Shown in pieces: positions 11,939-25,134 of a stretch of 64,000 nucleotides of DNA (positions are counted from its first letter, which is position 1; each line of letters begins with the position of its first letter). Made by a program: the position numbers and the translations under genes. Below the pieces are notes generated by a model. It had not been told where the DNA came from and ran no database searches. It worked only from the letters and a program-made list of their open reading frames with translations. The DNA comes from Cetorhinus maximus (taxonomy: Eukaryota): contig NW_027597550.1 of assembly GCF_964194155.1 (NCBI RefSeq), forward strand, positions 1 through 64,000, given 5' to 3'.

Positions 11939-13751
11939 GGATCCACCACGCAAGAAGAGGAAAAGTGAGTGGTTAAATCAAAATCACTTGAACCAGGTAG
12001 CAAAAGAGAAGCATGAAGTCCAGGTGGCCCAAGATCCGACAGTGATGAACAAGAGATCCTGCATCAAAAGCTCCTGCGGAGATGACGGCATTAATCAGAC
12101 TCCAGCTCCTGCAAAACAAATTCAGAAATTGTTGTTACCAAAGCCCAAAGTTGCACTTGTTAAACTTCCTGTTATGCATCTCACACATTTACCAGTTCTT
12201 TTATCTTCAGGCACCTCCATGGATAATTCTGTCAAGTCCATTGTTGTCGCTGTTGACAATCAAGGATCCATTCTGAGCACAATGCATATTTTGCCGACAT
12301 CAGTGGGAACTCTGGCACCAACCATGGAGACAAAAGGGTTGAACTTTAAAGGTGGTCTGCCCATCTCCAAGGTGACTAGCGTCATGATGGTTGAACCAGT
12401 CAGCACTGCAGTTCAAGTCAACATGGATTCAGGTTTTGCCAATAATCAAGAATTGCCATCAGTTGGAGACCTGGGCCAAAAGAACAAATTTAACTCCATG
12501 AATGTTCAGACAGACATATCATACCTTGCACAGAACACAGTACCAGAATCTCTAGCTGTGTGCTGCTCTACAGAGAACACTGTGTCAGCTTGCGCGCAGA
12601 CTGATCTGAGTTTCAGTGCTCAAGTGTTGCTACCCGTAAGTGTTGAGACACAAACGTTTGAACCAGACACTAAAATCACCACATCGATAAGTGCTCAGAC
12701 AGATCCCTTTGGCCAGTCTTGTTTTCCATTGTGTGGTGTTTCCAGGAAAACACAAACAAGTTTGGTAAATTCTACTAATGATAAAAGCTCTACAGTTCAA
12801 GCACTAATTAATGCAAATAATCATGAAGAAATTTTTGACCATTCTCTAGTTTCCCCTTACAGTGTTTGTAGACAGACTCAAACGACTTTTGCCCTGGATG
12901 CAATGGACATGGACCAACAACATGATGATCTTTTACAGAACTCTAAGTCAGCTGTTGATTTTCACATTCAATCCACTTTACTTCAACAGAACTCTACGAC
13001 TGACAATCAAACTCAGACAATTAACCTATTTAATGACTTGGAAAATATCCTGTCTGAAAGCATAGCTGGTCATTCATTAGAAAACCGTGGTCTTTTATCC
13101 GATGCCATCAATGCCTCTGGTGAGAGTATGACGAGCAGTCAGACACAAAGTGCGGGTATTGACTTTGATATTGAAGAGTTTTTATCTGCAAGCAACATAC
13201 AAACGCAGACAGAAGAAAATGAATTTGGTGCTTTACAGACAGAGTCTGCCTTGGAATCTCTGGATATTGAGACTCAGACAGACTTCTTGTTTTCAGACCA
13301 TCCTGTTCAAGCATACAATGGCAGGGGACAGTCCAGTTATTTAGGGCTAGAAATGTTTGACACACAGACTCAAACAGACTTCAATTTCTTAATGGACAGC
13401 AGTCCACATCTACCTCTAGATAGTATTTTGAAACAGTCCAGTTTCCCTCTAAGTGCAGAGTCTTCTGGCACCAAAACCCAGACTGATGATGTGTGTTGTA
13501 GAAATAATTTCAGTAATGCCCCTGAAAACCATGTCCGATTAAACTGCGCTGAAACACAGACAACCAGCAGCTCCTTTGAAAACCTTGGCAGTTTATTCTT
13601 CACTAGTAATGAAACACAGACTGTAATGGATGACTTTCTCTTGGCAGATATGGCATGGAATACAATGGAATCTCATTTCAGCTCAGTTGAGACACAAACA
13701 TGCGATGAAATCTTTTCCTTATTTCGAAATACTGGTAAAAGCTGTGACTGA
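11939..13751 (+). CDS. ATMIN: ATM interactor terminal coding exon 4 (NLS, multiple TQT/LC8-binding motifs)
   Basis: ctatttAG|G GAT CCA CCA continues phase 2 (R-DPPRKKRK). Contains KLLLPKPKVALVKLPVM and SNETQTVMDDFLLADMAWNTMESHFSSVETQT; TGA at 13749-13751. Confidence 0.97.
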
Positions 13752-16700
13752 AGTGCACAGACTAAAAAGGAGCATGAATTTCAGCATTGGTATATTGTGG
13801 AAAGTGGCAAAATTTAATGTCAAGTTGCGATGCTGCGCATCTCGTTTGGCCATAGTGTATGGGGTGGGGGTATAAATTTTGTTGGGACAAAAGTGGCAAA
13901 GGAATCATAGATTTAAACTGATCTACTGGGGCCATCGAATTTACAGCACACAAACAGGCCATTTGGCCCAGCCAGTCTATGCTGCTATTTGTGCTCCAGA
14001 GGAGCTTCCTCCCAACCCTCCAACTCACTTTATCCTAAAGGGTCTTCCCATTTGGCTGGCTCCCCCTTTGGGTCTCTGCATTCTTTTGTCTTGGATGTAA
14101 AAGCAACTAAGCTTGATATGTTTAGGCTTCTACTAATGCTGTACAATTTCCCTCTGTTCGCCTCCCCTTTTCTAGTTTGACTTTTCTGCTTTCTGTGTGG
14201 CACCTTCCTCCAACACACTGCTAGCATTGCTTATTCTATAGAAGTTTTACAGAGCCACATTTTAAAAGTCAGGCAGTATATACCTTGATTGCCCACTATT
14301 TCATGTTGGTGCATCATGATCTTTTTTCTTTCTTCTCAGCAGCTTCTAAGGATGGAGGGATGCAGATTCTTTATGGGTTAAAGTTAGACAGACACCAGAG
14401 ATCAACTGGTACTTTGTCCAAGGGGCAGTTATTTACATGTGTCCCTCGCTAGCTTGGGTGGACAGGCTCTTCAGTAAAAAGCATCATCATGCTACGGCTG
14501 TTAACTATGGACATATTCCTGGAGGTTTCATCACAACCTTCTACTTCCAAACAACCCGTCCGGTCTAATGGCACTTTTTTTCAGCAACACCAGTATTGTT
14601 GGAATCAATAAATGAAGTTGTTCAAAGATTTTTTAAAAATCTTTGTTTTTAATGTCCTCGAGAGTATGTGCGACTCCAGGGTAAATCTGGTTGGCAACCC
14701 TAATCACAGTCTAATCCAAAACTGGTCTTCGTTAGTGTCCACACATGCACTTCAAACATGGCTTGCTGGATATATGTTGGGCACAGGAGTTCCTGCTGAT
14801 TGCTCCCTACCTAACCTAGTGGCATTGAGGTTAATTGTAGCACTCCAGTCATTGGCCCAAAGCTGAGAGCAGAAACTGCAGATTGAAACTGGGCCCGTAC
14901 TAGTGTGTGTGAGATTCAGCTATGTGGTTGCTTAATGTTGAGCAATCGTGGAGCTGAATATTTTTAACACGATGCTGAGAGAAATCATTGAACAAAAGTG
15001 AATGCCCATTGGTGTACTTCTTTCCAGCAGATTTATTGCTTGATGCAGTTCATGCTAAATGTTTGTGGCATGAATTGGATTATAGTTGTTTAACCTGACC
15101 AAATTAGTGCAAAGCTTTCCTGACCTTCCAAGGCTCAAACATTAAACTTCCTGAAGTGACCATTCTTGGTTTTCCTGCTCTCATTAGTTGCTGAATTTGC
15201 ACATGTTTTTGGCCCCTCCATTGGTTATAAGTTTTGAGTTATTCATGTAAAATATATTTTGTACAACTAATTTTATTTTATTTTTTTGTTTTGTTGGCTG
15301 CGCTGTGTGCCCTGGGTGTTTAGAAATTGCTTCACCATTTCATGTGACCTTGCACACTATCTAGCTCACTCAATGAATACAGTTTCTCACACGAAGCAAT
15401 CAGGAATGTTGCTGAGCTATATGTGGGCATCCTCATGGGCTTCGAGAGCAAAGAATTCTCTGCTCTGAAAGCCCAACCTTTAATGCTGCCATCAGCTGAG
15501 CTAAAGCAGGCTGTAATTAGCCAAGAAATACTTCACTTCCTCCACCTACGATCCCAGTGCAGAGCATAAGTATCTGGATCAAGACTGCTGGTTCATCTGA
15601 ACATCCATGCTTTGTTCTTACAGTGAATTATTTCTTCCTGATGTTTCTGCATTATTGCAGGCCCAGGTCTTGAAATTGGGCTCTGTACCTATTGGCTGTG
15701 ATTTTTATCTTGACCAGGTTACAATATTGATGAGTAGGATCGTCCTTCCATGCAAGCTACTGTCACCCAAGTACCTGTTCGGAGAAATAAAGATCACATT
15801 TGTTGGAAACTTGGAGTCTCAAATCCAGACTTGTAGCCAATATCATGAGAGTATTTCCATGAATGTGATGGAGTCCCATCCAGACCTAGTCAAAATAATA
15901 TGCCAGCTTTGCTCTTGCTACATCAGTGAATAATTTCTGAGACCTTGTTGGAAGATCAGCCTAAATGAATTCTCCAGGCAAAAGGGAGACCTTTTTGTTT
16001 GCTACATCTAGTGGCTGAATCTTTCTGCCTGAATCTCAGGAGCAATGATTAATTTTAATCTTCCAGTTCCTCGGCTTTTCCGTGTATCCCAGACTCCCGG
16101 TGGATGCTCTTATTTATAGTCTCTTGCATTTATGAATGATGAGGTTTCTTAGGCCTGCTCATAAGTTTGATGGAGTTCAAGTGAAACCAGAAGCCTGAAT
16201 CTGGAAACCAGCCTCAACGCCCACATTGGGAGATAAAGTACTAAATTGCCGGGAACTGGTCTGAGTAGGTTTTCAGAATTGGTGATTCTAAGAAGCAAAT
16301 AAATCACCATTGATTGTTTTTATATTCAATAGGACTAAATGTATATCACAAGCTGGGAAAACAAGAAGAATTGGTTCCACCAAGTGAGGAGAGTTGCAAA
16401 GAATTTTGTAAATACTAAGCCTCATTATGTCAAAGCCCCATTTGTAAGTGTAAACTGCTGTCTGCACTCTTGTTCTGTTTGGTTGTCCTATCTGAAATGT
16501 GGTGATTAAGCCTCTGTTTTTGCAAACAATATTCAAAAATGACTTGCACTTCAGAGATGCTTGGAAACCATAAGATACCTGTCAGAGGGGGAAGAACGAG
16601 TCCTTTTTAAGGCCAAAGTTATTTGAGCTTTAACTGCCTCCTGTCTGGTGCATTCTTTGGGTATGAGGTAAGAAAAGCCCTTTTCATGGCACTAAAGCTA

Positions 16701-19293
16701 ATGACTTTGCTAGACTTGGGCACTTGTCTTCCCAGTTGGAAGAATCTGTAAACACCACCAAGGGCAGTGTCTTAGATTACACTCTGTTTCAAAGTGCATG
16801 TCTCAATTTGGAGCACCAGCTTAACTTCTGAAACTTCTTTAACTCTTTATTTCATTAATGAGGTGTGATGATATAGCAACTCTATTGCACAAAGTCCTGT
16901 CTTGTTATGCAACTATTCCTGAATTTTTGTTTTTATTTCCTACATGTTGCTAGCTTCCAGAGCTGTATCTGGTGTTGAATTCATTTCACAAATGTAGCAT
17001 TAATTTTTTTCGACCAAAAACTAAACTGCACACTTAATGGCATTGCCTTTATTAGTGTTACACTGCTGCTTTTCAATGTTAAGTATAAATTTGTGTCTCT
17101 GACATTGCAGTTTCTATTTTTTTTAAATCCAAAAATAGAAATCACACAGCACTGACAAGTACACCTGCACGTACCTCTCATAGTTTTTGAGTGTGCATTT
17201 GTGTTTCGAGGCTCACCCTGCATTTGATGTGCTGCAATATTTTCGGTAAAATGTCTTTCATTCTTCCATATGCTGAATCGGCGTGTAATTTGTTCTTGCA
17301 GGCAGTTTGATTCCAAAGTCAATGGCAGGCTCTGATATCTGTGACCTCTGAAGTTAACTGTTTTCACATACTCTTTTTAGTATTCTGGTTATATTGCTGT
17401 TACTAAGCCTACCACATTGCTTCAGGTAAAATAGTACTCCAGTCCGTACACTTTTAATGCTCCACTACACAGCTTTTGTGACGCTATTCATTTTTTTGCA
17501 TTATACTTCATGGTTAAAATTTAAAACTGCTCAGCAATTTTTCCCCAGTTCAATTGATCATAGTCACCAATGATTTATTGAAATCCTAGTGTGGCAAATA
17601 GTGCAGCTGTTAGCATTTTGTACCCACGTCGTATTATTAACACTGAAATTATTAACACTGAACTAAATCCCTTTATTTTCAAGTTTTGAATAGAGTTTGA
17701 CACAGTCAAAATAAACATTTTGCACATTGATCAGAGTTATTGGCCTTTGTTAACAGCTACAGCACACATGGCAGCATTAATAAGCATTTCAGTGTAGAAT
17801 GACTTTGGATTCATTATTGCAGTGTAGACTTTCAGGACTCCTGTATAACTGAGGAGTATCTTGCACATTTTTACCTAAGCGTTACAGAGTAGACTTCTGT
17901 CCTCACTAATGCACCACGTGCACTCATATTTCTAAAATGCTTGTTTCCAACTGATGATTAATGAATGAAGGAAGTGAGGTAATTTGCCTTGTACAGCTTT
18001 ATGTCCTTATTCTTAATTTTTTTTATTCATTCATGGGATGTGGGTGGCGCTGGCTAGGCCAGCATTTATTGCCCATCCCTAATTGCTCTTGCGAAGTGCA
18101 ATGCTGACATACTTTATTTTCCATGTTTTGCACCATTCTCTTACAGAAGTAAACTTTATACTAGATAAGTAAATTGCAGTTTTTTTTGTGGGTAACATTT
18201 TCATGATGCAGTTCACTTTTTCTCTTTTACTGTGTGTACATACAGTACATATGAAGTGTTCTCCCATTTCCTTACATGGAATGTATTATTGTATTGTTTG
18301 CTTTGGGGGTCAGTTGTTTGGCTGAAGATTACCAAAGTCCACAAACCTTTTGAGATGGAATAAGTTGCGCTGTGACTTTCATTTTTGGTTGGTCGGTGAT
18401 TTAAGTTACTTAAAATTTTTATTCAATTTATGAATTTCGCTGCTCTTCAAATGCTTTTATATTATGTCACATAGTACTTTTACCCACCTTGTCAAACTGG
18501 TCAGGTTTGGCTTTCAGTCTGTAAGTGACACTACTAGTTTTGGCATTCTTGGGTCGGGAAGGAGAGAAGTCAACCACTGTTCGTGCTCATGATTGCTGCC
18601 CGGGCACTCGATTTGGAATGGCATTGTTGGGTAAGGACAGGACCTGGCTCGGGAGGTCATTGCTGAAACGCTAAATATCTAAACTCTTATATGGATGGAT
18701 GGATGGCCATCTGGTTCCAGTTTTGGAAGGCTGCTGATGTTTGTGGAGTGGGGGCAGGGACAAAATTGGCGCAAAAAACTCCACCAAGCTTGAATTTGCT
18801 TTTGGTTACTGACGTGATTTTACTAAAATTCCTGTTCTGAGTTGTATTTTGTTTTTTGTTCTGCTTCATTAATTTGACACTTAACACCCAAAAAAAAACT
18901 GCATGGTTCATGATTTTCAGCTGCATTTGCACGCAATTAAAAAGGGGTCAGTGTGACTAAGATGTGTTTAACTGACAAATGACTGCTCCATGTGACCTTG
19001 ACAAGTGTACTTTTACACACCTCTGTGATAACATTTCTCCTTTGGCAGTACACGATGAATTATGCATCCCTTTTTAATGCATGTAAACTATTGTGCCAAA
19101 AGTGTTTTTTTTGTTAAAATATTTTGTCATGTGAGTAAGCATTTCTTTAAGTTGATGCTATAACATGAGATTTATTTTATTGTACTCCAGTTAGCTGGAA
19201 TCTTGTACGTTAAATTATTTTCCCTGTGTATAGTGTCAGTGGATGTTTTGCGTAAAGTACTAGGATGCTGGTCAAAATTATGCAAAGTTACAC

Positions 19294-19299
19294 AATAAA
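19294..19299 (+). terminator. Candidate distal ATMIN polyadenylation signal
   Basis: AATAAA followed by a T/GT-rich tract at the end of a repeat-poor region. Alternatives at 14607, 17710 and 19499. Confidence 0.4.
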
Positions 19300-20589
19300 G
19301 ATCAGTTCCTTCTCCCATGAAAGTACATCTGGATTATTTTTGTTGCTGTAGGCTCAATTTACTGTGTGGCGTGGTTTTGAGTTGCATTAACCGGATTCCG
19401 TTACAAAGACAGCCTCGGTGATTTCTAAAATGCGCAAAAAAAAGTATAATTTTGTGTGTGTTACCCATGGTTACTGGCAATTTGAATTGTGGCACCTGAA
19501 TAAATTTTCCTACAATGCATTCTGCAGTTAGAATAATACTTTCATTCCTTTATCTGGAATGGCTTTGGAAATCTAGTTGTGTGGGTAGGCATGCATGTTT
19601 TTAAAGACCTTTTAACTGTAGAACAGACCTGGCCAATATATATCCCTTGATATCAAAAAGAAACAGATTGGCTGGTCATGATCATACTGCTGTTCATGGC
19701 AGTTTGCTATGTGCAAATTGCCTGCCACATTTCCCACATTACAACAGTGACTATACTTCAAAAAGCAAGTGCTCAATTGGCTTTGAAATAAGCAGTGATC
19801 GTGAAAAGTGCTGTATAAATTATTTCTAGATTCCAAGATTTTTAGTCCAATTCTCTAGCTTGACTTGAAAAACCTTTTGTTCATGGTGAACCTGACCTCC
19901 TGTCTTGGCCCATAGTTGTATAAAATGATTAGGTCAAGTTTGTAAGAAGTTGGGTTGAATGTTTGTGAAATCTTACTGTCAGCTTTGCCTGAAGATTTTG
20001 CAGTATGGTTCCAAGTTGTGTTTCTTCCTCTGCCCCATCTCAGCAATATCCTTCCTGAAGATGTTGATCTCTTCCTGGAGTATGGTTTCATTAGATAACA
20101 ATTGCTTTCAGTTAACCTTGCCAGAGTCATTATTCACAGAAGTCTTGAAGCTGCATTGCCAAGCTATGCAATAGCTGTGGCTCATTGCAGGTGGGCCCAA
20201 ACTTGGGCTTGTTTAACATCATGTGCGTACTTCAGTAGGGGCCTCTTAACTATTCCAAATGTGAAAACTCTAGCCAATTTCATATTTTCTTAACCCAGGG
20301 ACTGAGAGATCAATTGTAGCACTCCTACTGACTCATCAGCTAAGTTGTTTCAAACCTGGCACCCTGATAGCCTATCCAGCTATTCCACTGACAAATTCAA
20401 ACCTTTGGAAGAGTATGATTCCAGTTGCATTCTGATTTGAGACAGCAAACCTTTGAGATTTGTATGATGTTCCCATCATGTATATTCACTCTTCTACAGT
20501 GTCTCAGCTGAAGACCAGACATGTACCATTCTTGCGAAACCCACTGCAATTACCTTAATACTAGTGGACCTAAAACACATGTCAAAGGA

Positions 20590-22600
20590 GATTTCCCTCA
20601 GAGTACATTTGCAGCAAGGTAGATATATTTAATACCTCAGCAAAGATTCCCTCAGAGAAGGATGCATCATTCTGAGTAAAGCAGTCAAGGATTGTATCAA
20701 ATTGAAAGAAACACTGCAAATCTGCAAGATATTAGTGGTAGGGCAGAATATTGGTCAAATTTTAAGAACCAGCAAAGAATGACTTAAAGGGAGAAAGTTG
20801 AGAGGAAGCTAACTAGTAATATAAGAGTAAGAGTTTCTACACTACAAGTATGTAAATAGGAAAAGAGTAAAGCTAGTGTTGATTTTTTGCTTTTATATAA
20901 AGCTGGTGTTGGTTCTCTAGAGAGGGAGAGTCTAGGGAATTGATAATGGAAAACCAGCAAATGACAGAGGCTTTGAACAAGTAATTTGTGTCTGTCTTCA
21001 CTGGAAGACTTAAAAAAACTTCCCCAAAATACTTGAAAGTCAAAAGGTGAACAGGAGGGAGGAACTGAGGGAAAAGGCTGACAAGTCCCCAGGAGCAGAT
21101 GGCCTGCATCATGGAGTCTTAAAAGAAGTGACTGCAGAGAAAGTAGATGCGTTGCTTATAATCTTCCAAAATTCCTTAAGATTCTGGAAGGGTCACAGTG
21201 GATTTGAAATAGCTGATGTAACATCTTTATTCAAGAAAGGAGGGAGACAGCAAGAAATTACAGGCCAGTTAGCCTAACATCTGTCATAGGGAAATTGCTA
21301 GAATCCATTATTAAGGATATTATAGCAGGATACTTAAATCATAATGTGATCAGTCAGAGTCAACATGACTTTGTGAATGGAAAATAGTAATTTTATTAGA
21401 ACTTTTTGAGGAAGTAACAAAATGGATAAAGGGAACCTGTAGATGTGTGCTTGGATTTCCCAAAGGCATTGACATCAAAGGTTCCCACACAAGGTAAGAG
21501 CACATGGTGTAGACGTTAACATATTAGCATGGATAAAGGATTGGCTAGCTAATAGGAAGCAGAGAGTAGGGATAAACAGGTCTTTTTCAGGTTGGCAAGC
21601 TGTAACTAGTGGAGTGTCATAGGGATCAATGCTGAGGCCTCAACTATTTATAATCTACGTTAATGATTTGAATGAAGGGACCAAAAGTATGGTAGCTAAA
21701 TTTGCCGATAACACCAAGATGTAGGAAAGTAAGTTGTCAAGAGGAGGTAGCGAATCTGCAAAGAGATATAGAAGTGAGTGGTCAAAATTTTGGCAGATGG
21801 AGTATAATGTGGGGAAAATGTGAACTTGTCCACTTTGGCAGGAAGAATGGAAAAGCAGTATAGTATTTAAATGGAGGGAGAAGGCAACATTCATGAGTAT
21901 AGAGGGATCTGTGTGTCCTGGTACATAAAAAGTTAGCATGCAGGTAGAGCAAGTGATTAGGAAGGCAAATGTTTGCTGTTGATTGCAAGGGGAATGGAAT
22001 ATAAAAGTATAGTATATTGGTGAGACCACATCTGAATTACTGTGGACAGTTTTGGTTGACTTATTTGGAAAAAAATATAATTGTGTTAGAAGCAGTACAT
22101 AAAAAGTTCTCGACTCATTCCTGGGATTAAGGGCTTATCGTATGAAGAAAGGTTGTGGAGTTTAGAAAAATGAGAGGTGATCTTATTGAAACATATAAGA
22201 TCCTGAGGAGACTTGATAGGGTGAATATTTGGAGGATGTTTCCTCTTGTGGGGAAGACTAGAATTAGGTAACACAGTTTAAGAATAAGAGGTCTTCTAGC
22301 TTTTAAGATGGAGATGAGATGAAATGTTCTCTTTGAGGGTCGTTAGTATGTGGAATCCTCCTCCCCAGAGAGCAATGGAGGCTGGGTCATTGAATTTATT
22401 CAAGGCAGCATTAGATTTTTGACAGACAAGGGAGTTGAGTGTTATGTGGTGGGGTTGGGGAAAGGGGGTGGGGGGTGGATGGGGGGTGGATGGGGGATGG
22501 CAGGGGCAGGCAGGAAGTGGAGTTTGGGCCAAAACCAGATCAGCCATTGAATGGCGGAGCAGACTGAAAGGGCTGCATTGCCTACTGCTGCTCCTATGTT
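20590..22600 (+). mobile_element. CR1 LINE, 5'-truncated degenerate ORF2
   Basis: KADKSPGADGLH, FKKGGRQ and KFADNTK remnants plus the GATCAGCCAT...GAATGGCGGAGCAG 3' tail; homologous to the CR1 at 47900-52380. Confidence 0.9.
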
Positions 22601-23254
22601 CCTCTGTGCACCTTCAGTTTGAGGCTCCATCTAGTGGTAGAAGAATAAGGCTTCAGACATAATTCTCAGAACAATGATAGAATCAAAGAAAATTTACAGT
22701 GCAGAAAGAGGCCATTCAGCCCATCATGTCTGTGCAGAGAAAAAATGTAACCAGCTGCTCATTTTAATCCCACTTTCCAGCACCCAGTCCATAGCCTTAT
22801 AGGTTACAGCAGATCCAGGTACCTTTTAAATGAGTTGAGCATTTCAGTCTCAACCATCAACTTAGGCAGTGAATTCCAGACACCCACCATCCGCTGGGTG
22901 AAAAAGTTTTTCCTCATGTCCCCTCTCATCCTTCTACCAATCACCTTAAATTTATGATGCACAAATTGCATGTGGGGTATAAGTAGAAAATGTAATACAT
23001 TACAGATGGCATTGATGGTAGTCAGGGTCCTTGGGTCAGGATTGTATTCTTCTGGATTCTCACCTACTGTTTGTAATATAATGGGGTAATATTTATGGTA
23101 ATGAGTTAGTGATGGGTATCATGATGTAACGGCATCAGCAGTCATGTGCTAGAGACTCTAGAGTAGATGAAATAGCCTGTCCTCGAGAGAGATTTACCTA
23201 ATAGAAAGCTATCATTTATTGTGAATGGAATTGATTACAGAAGTAGCTTCAGTG

Positions 23255-23935
23255 TACAGGGCATTGGTGAGACCACATCTGGAGTATTGTATACAGTACT
23301 GGTCTCCTTATTTAAAGAAAGATGTAAATGTGTTAGAAGCAGTTCAGAGAAGGTTTGCTAGACTAATACCAGGAATATAAAAGCAAAAAACTGCAGATGC
23401 TGGAAATCCAAAACAAAAATAAAAATACCTGGAAAAACTCAGCAGGTCTGACAGCATCTGCGGAGAGGAACAATACCAGGAATGGATGGGTTGTCTTATG
23501 AGGAAAGGCTGGACAGGTTAGGCTTATATCCACCGGAATTTAGAAGAGTAAGAGGCGACTTGATTGAAACCTTTCAGACCCTGAGGGGTCTTGACAGGGT
23601 AGATGTGGAGAGGCTGCTTCCTCTTGTGGGGGAACCTAGAACTAGGGGTCAGTGTTTAAAAATTAGTCGCTCCTTTAAGACAGACGAGGAGAATTTTTTT
23701 CTAAGGGTTGTGAGCCTTTGGAACTCTTCCTCAAAAGGCTGTGGAAGCAGAGCCTTTGAATATTTTTAAGGCAGATCTAGATAGATTCTTGATTAACAAG
23801 GGGGATGACAGGCTATCGGGGTAGGCAGGAATGTGGGGTTGAGATTACATTCAGATCAGCCATGATCTTATTGAATGGCGGAGCAGGGCTCAAGGGGCCG
23901 AGTGGCCTATTCCTGTTCCTAATTCGTATGTTCCT
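23255..23935 (+). mobile_element. CR1 LINE 3' fragment interrupted by a PLE insertion
   Basis: LVRPHLEYC...GLSYEERLDRLGL...RGDLIE motifs and a CR1 tail. Confidence 0.9.
23377..23471 (-). mobile_element. Penelope-like terminal fragment nested in CR1
   Basis: 12-bp TSD AATACCAGGAAT at 23365-23376 and 23472-23483; sequence matches the PLE termini at 2366 and 56150-56235. Confidence 0.85.
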
Positions 23936-24183
23936 ATCAATGACCTTCCTTCAATCTTGAGGTCGGAAGTGGGGATGGTCATTGATGATTGCGCAATGTT
24001 CACCATTTGCAACTCCTCAGATACTGAAGCAGTCCATTTCCAAATGCAGCAAGACCTGGACAATATCCAGTCTTGGGCTGGCAAGTAACATTCGCACCAC
24101 ACAAGTGCCAGGAAATGACCATCTCCAACAAGAGACAGTCTAACTATTGCCATTGCTGAATCCCCCATTATCAACATCCTGGG
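23936..24183 (+). mobile_element. Second LINE family (LINE-B, CR1/L2 group) RT fragment
   Basis: INDLPS..VGMxxDDC.MF...MQQDLDNIQSWA remnants. Confidence 0.7.
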
Positions 24184-24509
24184 CTAAAAGGCTTGAATTA
24201 TGAGGTTAGGTTGTACGGACTTGGGCTTGTAAAACTTGGGAATGAGTGAAGAAATTGATGAAAAGGTAAAATATAGAATGAGCATAAAGGAGCAAGAAAT
24301 ATTTTTTAAATTGTAAGCTTTTACAAGTATGTATCTTTTTTAAAAAAGTAGCAAAAGTAAGCATCCCTCCAATAGAGGGTGAGACAGGAGAAATTATATT
24401 GGGGAATAAGGAAGTGGCAGAGACGTTACAAATTATTTTTTTATCTGTTTTCACATCAGAAGACATACAAAGTATATCAGAAATAGTGAGGAGCCAAAGG
24501 GGTAATGAG

Positions 24510-25134
24510 TTTTTTATTCGTTTATGGGCTGTAGGCATCACTGGCAAGGCCAGCATATATTGTCTGTCCCTAATTGCCCTTGGGAAGGTGGTGGTGAGCT
24601 GCCTTCTTGCCCTGCTGCAGTCCATGTGGCGTAGTTAGACCCACCGTGCTGTTAGGGAGGGAGTTCCGGGACTTTGACCCAGCGACAGTGAAGGAACGTC
24701 GATATAGTTCCAAGTCAGGATGGTGAGAGCCTTGGAGAGGAACTTGCAGGTGCTGCCGTTCCCATACATCTGCTGCTTTTGTCCTTCTAGGTGGTAGAGC
24801 TCGCGGGTTTGGAAGGTGCTGCCGAAGAAGCCTTGGTGAGTTGCTGCAGTACACCTTGGAGATGGTTCACACTGCTGCCCCACTGTTCATCGGTGGTGGA
24901 TGGGGTGCCATCAAGGGGGCTGTATTGTCCTAGATGGTTTTGAGCTGCTTAAGGGTCATCCAGGCAAGTGGAGAATATTCCATCACACCTGACTTGTGCT
25001 TTGTAGATGGACAGGCTTTGGGGAGTCAGGACGTGAGTTACTCACTGCAAGATTTCCAGCCTCTGACCTGCTCTTGTATTTATGTGGCTGGTCCAGTTCA
25101 GTTTCTGGTCAGTGGTGACCCCAGGATGTTGATA
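24510..25134 (-). mobile_element. LINE-B 3' fragment sharing its tail with SINE family A
   Basis: - strand LTWNYI.VPS....SxNSLPNSTVG motifs; tail similar to SINE A (CAAGGGCAATTAGGGA...GCTGGCCTTGCCAG). Confidence 0.8.

Noticed and set aside
11988-13751. Stand-alone 587-aa gene
   Set aside because: The track start is an internal TTG; this is ATMIN exon 4, which begins at 11939.
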